This document shows, one piece after another, positions 57,357 to 64,000 of a DNA stretch of 64,000 nt. Position 1 is the stretch's first letter. Every line of letters begins with the position of its first letter. Source of the DNA: Minisyncoccota bacterium (GTDB lineage Bacteria > Patescibacteriota > Minisyncoccia > Phycocordibacterales > UBA918). The translations under genes were made by a program, and so were the position numbers. The stretch lies in NCBI GenBank assembly GCA_022841645.1, contig JALHRC010000001.1:33346-97345 (forward strand), written 5' to 3'. The notes beneath the pieces were generated by a model. It had not been told where the DNA came from. It ran no database searches and worked only from the letters and a program-made list of their open reading frames with translations.

Positions 57357-57896
57357 TTAACGCCTGGCCTCGGCCACTTCATCATGCCCACCATTTTCAT
57401 CGAGGGCACGCAAGGCCGCGAGTTCGCTGCGTACCCGTTCCTCCCCGGCGTAGTGCCAGCAGCGGCGTGACATATTCCAGTCAGAGAGTGGATGCTGGCG
57501 AGCCCGGAGGCGGGCACGCACGAGCGAGTACGCTACCTCAAGATAGTCGTCCAGGTTGTCGCGGGGACGTAGGCCACGCCTTTCTGCGGCATCAAGGTGT
57601 CGGCCGATAAGCTGAAGCACGCCATAGCCGCCCGGCTTACGAACATTATGTGTCAGTCGACCGTCCGGCAGGCGGTGCGCAAAACCAGTCACCTCGCAGG
57701 CGGCGACGCGCACCATCTCCGTCCCAATTTCAGGGGTAGGGGCGCGAGCACGGATAAGCTCAATGACGAGCTCGGCACGCTCAAGTAGCTGTGGGGGTAA
57801 ATTGTGTGGACTCAAGGCCCAGGCGCTCTTCGCTGCGCTCGCTGCTACCAAATTGGCGGCGATGAGTGCGGCGACGAGAAGTGTTTTTTTGAACAT
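57357..57896 (-). CDS. Secreted lysozyme-like / lytic transglycosylase-like protein
   Basis: Signal peptide; VAACE (catalytic Glu position), GVLQL, terminal W..S..CW. Confidence 0.6.
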   Translation of the reverse strand: MFKKTLLVAALIAANLVAASAAKSAWALSPHNLPPQLLERAELVIELIRARAPTPEIGTEMVRVAACEVTGFAHRLPDGRLTHNVRKPGGYGVLQLIGRHLDAAERRGLRPRDNLDDYLEVAYSLVRARLRARQHPLSDWNMSRRCWHYAGEERVRSELAALRALDENGGHDEVAEARR

Positions 57897-58088
57897 GGTC
57901 CTCTCTCACGAACGAGCGTGAACGGACCTCCCTGTGTGTTTTTTGAGTGGCTCGCTTTTACAAGCGGGCCCATTTTTGTACTTCCATAGCGTATGACGGA
58001 TGAAACTGACATTTCTTTCATGCAGTAGAAATATAGCGAGCCCCCGCCGCGGCGCGAGCCGGGGCGGGGGTACGTCGGTTGAAGAACT

Positions 58089-58457
58089 TCAGGCGGCCTG
58101 GCGCTCCTTCTTGCGCGCGGCCTGCTCGGCGGTGGCCATGATGGACTTCATGTCGCGGAGGTACGCTGCGCCCTTGAGCGTCCGCTGCACGAGCATGCTG
58201 CGACGGTCCGTCGGGTCCACCTTGCGACGGGCGAGGTCGAGCTCGCCGAGCCGATCGAGCGCCCTCGTGATCGCCGGTTTCGAGACGTTCAGCTTCGCCG
58301 CGAGGCCGCGCACCGTGTGCGGCCCTCCCTCGAGATAGACGGTGAGGAACACGCCGAGCTGGCGGGCCGAGAGATCGGGCCCGTCGCGGCGCACCAGCGC
58401 GACCACGGTGTCGCGGAGGATACCCACCAGCTCGTCGGGATTGGATTGATTGGCCAT
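58089..58457 (-). CDS. MarR-family winged-helix transcriptional regulator
   Basis: DLSARQL, TVRGLAAKLNVSKPAITRALDRL, DPTDRRS; AGGAGG upstream. Confidence 0.9.
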   Translation of the reverse strand: MANQSNPDELVGILRDTVVALVRRDGPDLSARQLGVFLTVYLEGGPHTVRGLAAKLNVSKPAITRALDRLGELDLARRKVDPTDRRSMLVQRTLKGAAYLRDMKSIMATAEQAARKKERQAA

Positions 58458-58501
58458 CGTTGGCCTCCTATGAAAAAGGCGGAGGATACCACCATACTTA
58501 G

Positions 58502-58530
58502 ATAGTAAACTATACTTGCTAAACTGTCAA
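58502..58530 (-). promoter_or_regulatory. Sigma70 promoter of the MarR gene
   Basis: Minus strand TTGACA-17 bp-TACTAT. Confidence 0.65.
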
Positions 58531-58588
58531 TAGTATGTTGGGCCGCGGACACGTAGTGTCCGCGGCCTTTTTCGGGTAGTATGGCGGC

Positions 58589-59434
58589 ATGTCGTGGCGT
58601 CGCTACCTTAGTATTTCCCGCCCTCGTTTTTGGCTGTATGAGCTTGGCACGTTCGCGTTGGGTGTGCTTTTAGCCTATCCATTTGCTCCCGAGGTTTCCT
58701 TCACCCTGATCGCGCTTTTTGCGCTGTACTTTCTATTTCCGGGAAATCTTCTCATTTACGGTATTAATGATGTTTACGATTACGAAACTGATCTACGCAA
58801 TCCAAAAAAGACCGGATATGAAGACGTACTTCAGCCCGCACTACACATACCAGTGCTGCGGATGGTAGCGCTCACCACTGCTCCGTTTGTGCTTCTCTCG
58901 CTCACGCTCCCGCACTCGGCGCTCGTCTCGTTCCTCGTTTTTATATTTTTTGCTGTTTTTTACTCGATGCCGCCAGTACGTGCCAAAGCGCGGCCTGGGC
59001 TCGATAGTCTCTTTTCCGCCGGGCATTATGTAGCAACGGGTGTGTTTGGCTTCTATCTTGCCGGTGGTACGGGTGACGTAACACTGCTCGTCCTGGCCGG
59101 TATGCTGTGGGCTACTGCGATGCACGCCTACTCGGCAGTGCCTGATATCGAAGCCGATACGGCAGCGGGGCTCGCCACCGTCGCTACGTTTCTTGGTAAA
59201 TCACGTACGATTATTGTCTGCGCTCTCCTTTACCTCGCCGCGTGGGTGACACTCTATTTGTGGCTCGAAGATATGGCACTCCTCCTCGCGCTGCCGTATC
59301 TCGCAGTGATGGCGGCATCGCTACGAGCGACGCCTGAGCGCCTATGGCAACTGTATACCTACTTTCCCTGGCTTAATACGGTGGTCGGTATGGTTTTGGT
59401 GCTCACCTTGTTGCACCTCAAAGGATTCTTTTAA
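58589..59434 (+). CDS. UbiA-family prenyltransferase, lycopene elongase (LyeJ/CrtEb-like)
   Basis: SRPRFWLY, YGINDVYDYETD..NPKK, YS.PP.R.K..P.LDS, MHAYSAVPDIEAD; adjacent to crtI. Confidence 0.82.
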   Translation: MSWRRYLSISRPRFWLYELGTFALGVLLAYPFAPEVSFTLIALFALYFLFPGNLLIYGINDVYDYETDLRNPKKTGYEDVLQPALHIPVLRMVALTTAPFVLLSLTLPHSALVSFLVFIFFAVFYSMPPVRAKARPGLDSLFSAGHYVATGVFGFYLAGGTGDVTLLVLAGMLWATAMHAYSAVPDIEADTAAGLATVATFLGKSRTIIVCALLYLAAWVTLYLWLEDMALLLALPYLAVMAASLRATPERLWQLYTYFPWLNTVVGMVLVLTLLHLKGFF

Positions 59435-60939
59435 AGCGACGTTAAGGGATGGGGGGTAGTGATGCCCATAATGCGCTTATAGACATTTTGAGCGGAGATA
59501 ACACAGATCGGCATACCAATGCCGGGGTTTTGGTAGGAGCCGACGAAGTAGAGGTTTTTGACTTTCTTCGATACGTTGTTGGGGCGCCAGAGCGCCGATT
59601 GTCCGAGGGTATGCGCCAGGCCAAGGGCGGTGCCTTTAAAGCTGTGGTAGTCAAGTGAAAAATCTTCGGCACAGTAGATACGTTCGTAGTCGAGGTTGGT
59701 TCGTAGTCCGGTTAGGCCGAGACGTGTTTCCAGGATACTAAGGGTACGGTCGGCCCAGGCGCGCTTTTTGCTTTCGTCGTAGGTGACGCCGGCGGAAAGC
59801 GGTACGAGGACAAAGAGATTTTCGTGGCCAGGCGGAGCGACGTTTCTGTCGCTTTTACTGGGAGCACAGACGTAGATGGATGGGTCGGTGGGGAAGTCGT
59901 CGTGGTTAAAAATCTCCTTAAAGTTTTGTTCCCAGTTTTCGGTAAAGAGGAGGTTGTGGTGGGTGAGGTTTTCAAACTGCTTTTTAACCCCCAGGTACAT
60001 AATAAACGCACTCGGCGCCAGGGTACGTTTGTTCCAGTAGCGCTCACTATGGTCGCGCTCTTGCGGTGCCAAGAGAGCCGTTTCGGTATGGTGGAGATCG
60101 GCATTACTGACTACTAGGTCAGCGTGCTGTACGGTACCGTTTTCTAGTTCAACACCCACCGCCTGACCGTTTTCGGTAACGATGCGGCGCACGGGGGCGT
60201 GGTAGTGGAAGTGCACGCCGCATTTCTCGGCCAGCTTCCCGATAGCTTTTGGTAGTTCGCCAATGCCACCGTCGGGGTACCAGATACCAAGGTCGAAGTC
60301 GACATGATTCATGAGGCGGTACATACCGGGTGCGTCTTTAGGTGCGGTGCCAAGGAGTACCATCTGAAAGAGCATCACCTTGCGCAATAGTTCACTCGTA
60401 AAGGTGCGGTGAATAATCCGCTCCATGCTATTTAATATCTCGAGCTTGCGTCCCTCACGCATGACGCGTTTGTTAAAAAAGTCGAAAATGGAGTCGTAGT
60501 TTTTGTAGATAAACTCGTGTTTGGCAATACCATACTGGCGCGCTGATTCATCAAGATAATCAATCAGTTTTTTGCCTGCTCCGGGTTCGATGGCGTCAAA
60601 TACAGCAGCATTACGCGCGCGGTCAGCAAAGAAATCATGATGTTCGCCGGTTGAACCGAGAAAGACGCGGTAGGAAGGAGCCAGTTTTTTTAGGGTGAGG
60701 TAGTCGTGAATATTTTCACCCATCAAGGTAAAGAAATGTTCAAAAACGTCCGGCATCATGTACCACGATGGGCCCATGTCAAAGGTATAGCCGTGGTCGC
60801 TAAAGACGCGCGCTCGGCCGCCAATTGATTCGTTTTTTTCGTAGACGTCGACAGTGCAGCCCTGCTTTCCGAGCATAGCGGCGAGCGAAATACCACCAAA
60901 GCCGGCACCGATAATAATGGCGGATTTACGAGCTGACAT
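59431..60939 (-). CDS. crtI: Phytoene desaturase
   Basis: IIGAGFGG, FDMGPSWY.MP, APPGHENLFVLVP, NLYFVG...PGIGMP. Confidence 0.92.
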   Translation of the reverse strand: MSARKSAIIIGAGFGGISLAAMLGKQGCTVDVYEKNESIGGRARVFSDHGYTFDMGPSWYMMPDVFEHFFTLMGENIHDYLTLKKLAPSYRVFLGSTGEHHDFFADRARNAAVFDAIEPGAGKKLIDYLDESARQYGIAKHEFIYKNYDSIFDFFNKRVMREGRKLEILNSMERIIHRTFTSELLRKVMLFQMVLLGTAPKDAPGMYRLMNHVDFDLGIWYPDGGIGELPKAIGKLAEKCGVHFHYHAPVRRIVTENGQAVGVELENGTVQHADLVVSNADLHHTETALLAPQERDHSERYWNKRTLAPSAFIMYLGVKKQFENLTHHNLLFTENWEQNFKEIFNHDDFPTDPSIYVCAPSKSDRNVAPPGHENLFVLVPLSAGVTYDESKKRAWADRTLSILETRLGLTGLRTNLDYERIYCAEDFSLDYHSFKGTALGLAHTLGQSALWRPNNVSKKVKNLYFVGSYQNPGIGMPICVISAQNVYKRIMGITTPHPLTSL

Positions 60940-61771
60940 AACTGCGCAGTATCATACTACCTTTGCGCCAAGCCGGAACACGTACCCGCTCACTAAATAC
61001 GTCGTAGCGGGCGTGCTCAATTTCATCCAAAATGGCTTCGTAGAAACGAGCCGCTAGACGAACAGCGCGTCGTGACTGCGGTGAGAGGAGCTCTATACCC
61101 AGCTCGGCCGTGCGGTAGAGGGTGCGCGCACGGGCGACCTCGTGCTGCATGAGTGTAATAAACTGTGGGGTAGGAGCGTGTTCCGCAATCATGGCCTCGG
61201 TGACGCCAAATCGTGCACATTCGTCTTGTGGAAGGTATATGCGACCGCGCTCATCGTAATCTTCTCGAACGTCGCGCAGGAAGTTGGTAAGTTGCATCGC
61301 CTCACCTAAAGCGGCCGCGTAGAAAAAAGCTTCGTCACTCTTAAACCCGAAAATGTAGGTCAGCATGACACCTACGGCCTGGGCGGAGCCGCGCATGTAG
61401 GTACGCAATTCTTCGTAGTTGTGGTAGCGGGTTTTTTCCAGGTCCATAATCATGGCGTCAATAAACTCGAGACTAACCGAGAGGGGAATGTGGTAGTGAT
61501 GGAACAGTTCGCTGGTGGCGGCGAGAATGGGGTGATGTGATTCCTTCGTATCGTAAGCGAGTATCCAGTCGTTCTTCCACTCATGGAGGCGTACTGCTGG
61601 GTCGCTCCCAGGGAGGGGATTGTCAACCATTTCATCCGGGAGGCGCGCAAAAGCGTAGAGGACAAACACTGCGTCGCGCAGCGCTCCAGGCAAAAACAAG
61701 GTGGCGCGGTAGTAGCTTGTGCCATAGCGGGCAGCAATAGCGCGAGCGGTGGTGATGGTGGCGGGGGACAT
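60926..61771 (-). CDS. crtB: Phytoene synthase
   Basis: LYAFARLPDEMVD, AMQLTNFLRDVRED, RIYLP. Confidence 0.92.
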   Translation of the reverse strand: MSPATITTARAIAARYGTSYYRATLFLPGALRDAVFVLYAFARLPDEMVDNPLPGSDPAVRLHEWKNDWILAYDTKESHHPILAATSELFHHYHIPLSVSLEFIDAMIMDLEKTRYHNYEELRTYMRGSAQAVGVMLTYIFGFKSDEAFFYAAALGEAMQLTNFLRDVREDYDERGRIYLPQDECARFGVTEAMIAEHAPTPQFITLMQHEVARARTLYRTAELGIELLSPQSRRAVRLAARFYEAILDEIEHARYDVFSERVRVPAWRKGSMILRSYVSS

Positions 61772-61773
61772 GG

Positions 61774-62862
61774 CTAGGTAGTGCGGTGATGTACGAGCTC
61801 GAGGAGTCCAAAGAGTAGTGCTACCTCACCTTGAGAAAGGAGTGGGTCAGTGAGGGCTTTCTGAGCGTTGTCAGCTAGGCTAGTTATGCACGTTTGGGCG
61901 TAGGCGATTGCGCCACTTTCCAGAAACATTTCTAGCAGTTCGGCCTTTTGCTGGGGCGTGAGGGGGTTGCCGCTGTGGGCATCAAGGAGCGCGGCGGCTT
62001 TGCCGCCGCGCTCGCGTACAAACGCCGTGAGTAGGGTGTGTTGCCCTTGTTCAACATCTTGAAAGGTAGGCTTCTGAGTTTCTTGTTCGTTTCCCAACAC
62101 ATCAAGCAGGTCGTCTTGGATTTGGTAGAGCTGTCCAAGGGCTAGACCAAAACGAGTGAGGGCAGGGATGGTTGCTTCTCGTCCGGCGAGGGTGGCGCCG
62201 ATATGGAGTGGTCGCACAAAAGAATAACGAGCGGTTTTAAACTCGTTCTTTTTTCGCACGAGCTCCTCACTCACGTGCTCGGCGACGGTAAGGTCGATAT
62301 CGAGCATTTGCCCGAGACACACCTCTTCGACCAGTGTATGAAAAATAGTACTAATAGCTGGCGAGTAAGGAAGGCCGCGGGCTGCGGCAGCAAACAGTAG
62401 CTGACTTACGAGGTTGAATACCATATCACCCACTAAAATGGCCTGACTTTCGCTCGCCCGTACAGCGGCCTCGTCTCGAGACACCTCCTGATACATGGTG
62501 CTCCTGGTAAAGTGGTGGAGCGTTGGCACGCCGTGACGTAGTGGAGCCTCGTCCATCACATCGTCGTGAATGAGGCAAAAAATATGAAAGAGCTCGACGG
62601 CTAAAAGAAGTTCGCGCAGGTCGGCGAGTGCTGCGGTGGGGTATTGTTCCTTGTAGAGAGCAAAAACAACAAAGGGCCGCAGGCGCTTGCCACCCTCGGC
62701 CACCTTGAGTAGGTGTAGAAACAGCGTGTTGATCGTCGGATGATCAACGGTGGTGTGATAGCGCTTGGTAGTTTCTGAAAGATAGTCTCGGAGCAATTCA
62801 TCAAAGGCCGCTTTAAAGCGGCCGGCCTCGACTTTCAGATCTGGGGATGAAACGCTCGGCAC
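61774..62862 (-). CDS. crtE: Polyprenyl (geranylgeranyl) diphosphate synthase
   Basis: GGKRLRP, LIHDDVMD..RHG, GQMLD, KTARYS, QIQDDLLD. Confidence 0.85.
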   Translation of the reverse strand: MPSVSSPDLKVEAGRFKAAFDELLRDYLSETTKRYHTTVDHPTINTLFLHLLKVAEGGKRLRPFVVFALYKEQYPTAALADLRELLLAVELFHIFCLIHDDVMDEAPLRHGVPTLHHFTRSTMYQEVSRDEAAVRASESQAILVGDMVFNLVSQLLFAAAARGLPYSPAISTIFHTLVEEVCLGQMLDIDLTVAEHVSEELVRKKNEFKTARYSFVRPLHIGATLAGREATIPALTRFGLALGQLYQIQDDLLDVLGNEQETQKPTFQDVEQGQHTLLTAFVRERGGKAAALLDAHSGNPLTPQQKAELLEMFLESGAIAYAQTCITSLADNAQKALTDPLLSQGEVALLFGLLELVHHRTT

Positions 62863-62961
62863 GTGACGGTCGTGGCTCCACTATAGCACGCAGTAGGTCG
62901 TCAGACAAAGAAAAACCCCGCTATTTGTTGATCGCCGCGGGGTAGGCGATTGATTCGTAGG

Positions 62962-63060
62962 TCAGAGAGGTTCGAAGAGTTCCCTGACCTTCCAAAGATG
63001 TGCGATGAACTCCTGCCTCTCCTTGTCTGTCATTTCTTCCAACGGTTCTGTCTTTTTCAT
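62962..63060 (-). CDS. Putative 32-aa small protein
   Basis: AAGGAGG upstream; MKKTEPLEEMTDKERQEFIAHLWKVRELFEPL; followed by a CCCCGC/GCGGGG-TTTT hairpin. Confidence 0.4.
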   Translation of the reverse strand: MKKTEPLEEMTDKERQEFIAHLWKVRELFEPL

Positions 63061-63113
63061 CTCCACCGCCCTCCTTAGCGGTTGTTCTTACAACATGTAG
63101 TGAGCGAGAAAAG

Positions 63114-63680
63114 TTACACCTTAGCTTTCCGTTTGTTTTTCGCTCTGCGCTTGGGCTTCTCGAGTGACTCGCGACTATTAATTTGTGCTGGCGAAAGTGG
63201 CGTCTCCGCATAGGCCGCCTCGAGGGCTTCGATGTCGAGCTTTTTCATCTCAAGCATGGCCGTAAATAGACGGTCGGCGGCTGGCCCTGGTGTGGCCATG
63301 AGTTCTTGAAGTTTCCGGGGCACTACCTGCCACGATACGCCAAAGCGGTCACGCAACCACCCGCACTGCTCGGGCGTGCCTTTAGCCACTAACCGCCGCC
63401 AGATCTTGTCGAGCTCTTTCTGGGTTTCGCAGTTAACGAGTAGCGAAATGGCCGGCGAAAACGAAAAGTGCGGCCCACCGTTGATCGCTATAAAAGTTTG
63501 TTCTTCAAGTTCAAAGGTGATCGTAAGTACCGAACCTGGTACTCGCCCTAGCCGTTTAGCGGCGGCGTCACTGTAATAAGCAGTATCGACAATGCGACTG
63601 CGTTTGAAAATACTCGTGTAGTAACGGACAGCCTCCTCAGCGTTTTCATCAAACCACAGATTGGTAACAATCTTTTGCAT
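63114..63680 (-). CDS. VOC/PhnB-like (3-demethylubiquinone-9 methyltransferase family) protein
   Basis: QKIVTNLWFD..AEEA, NGGP.F.FSPAIS, CGWLRDRFGVSWQVVP. Confidence 0.9.
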   Translation of the reverse strand: MQKIVTNLWFDENAEEAVRYYTSIFKRSRIVDTAYYSDAAAKRLGRVPGSVLTITFELEEQTFIAINGGPHFSFSPAISLLVNCETQKELDKIWRRLVAKGTPEQCGWLRDRFGVSWQVVPRKLQELMATPGPAADRLFTAMLEMKKLDIEALEAAYAETPLSPAQINSRESLEKPKRRAKNKRKAKV

Positions 63681-63731
63681 ATGTGGGTGATTGTAGCATG
63701 TAGGGAGGCAAGGCGCGTGTAGAATAGACCT

Positions 63732-64000
63732 ATGGCGTTTCTGCGAAGTTGGTTACAGGGTAGTTCTCCGGCGGCCCTATTTGCACTGGCCGTGTTAGTC
63801 GGTGTGGGCGGCGCAGTCGGAGCGGTGCTTTTCCATGCCTGTATTTCACTCGGTACCTGGCTGTTTTATGGCGAGGTGGGAAGTGATTTCATCACGCATG
63901 TCACCGACTTGCCGTGGTGGCTGCGGCTGCTTATTCCGGCTGCGGGCGGACTTTTGGTTGGTCTCCTCTTTCATGTAGCCAAGGTGCGCGAGGCTGAGGG
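63732..64000 (+). CDS. CLC-family chloride/H+ transporter, N-terminus (runs off the window end)
   Basis: Manual translation: ALAVLVGVGGAVGAVLF...PWWLRLLIPAAGGLLVGLL..VREAE. Confidence 0.7.
   Translation, partial: MAFLRSWLQGSSPAALFALAVLVGVGGAVGAVLFHACISLGTWLFYGEVGSDFITHVTDLPWWLRLLIPAAGGLLVGLLFHVAKVREAE

Overview
A 64 kb chromosomal window from a reduced-genome bacterium. It is most consistent with Patescibacteria/Parcubacteria, inferred from the short hinge-less SMC, tandem type IV pilins, compact rpoB/rpoC and housekeeping genes that mostly lack Shine-Dalgarno sites. Housekeeping genes: dnaE (5' end), rnhB, rpmF, nusB-NUDIX, rnc, smc, rnr, rpsP, khpA, trmD, rpoB, rpoC, dnaG, rpoD, UvrD-nuclease, uppP, hisS, prmC, class I aldolase, rpmG, truB-like, DEAD helicase, ung and mutM. 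Accessory modules: four pilins, a ParE toxin-antitoxin pair, a GT4-GH57-GH15 alpha-glucan cluster, an ApbE/FMN-binding/RnfD-FNR flavinylation module and a C50-type carotenoid cluster (crtE-crtB-crtI plus a lycopene elongase). The most unusual signals are: (1) a 275-bp GIY-YIG-only cassette with 13-bp terminal inverted repeats, sitting in a duplicated ATGAAT that supplies both its start and stop codons inside an ABC operon; (2) the same REP-like palindrome inserted in frame in rnhB and prmC; (3) a family of covarying multi-branch intergenic elements; (4) a class of orphan genes with their own promoter, Shine-Dalgarno site and terminator, including a high-GC alphaproteobacterial-like MarR, lysine-poor exported proteins, an RNAP alpha-CTD-like protein and two tandem Cys-rich mini-proteins. 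No rRNA, tRNA or CRISPR array was seen. All family assignments are by motif recognition, without database searches.
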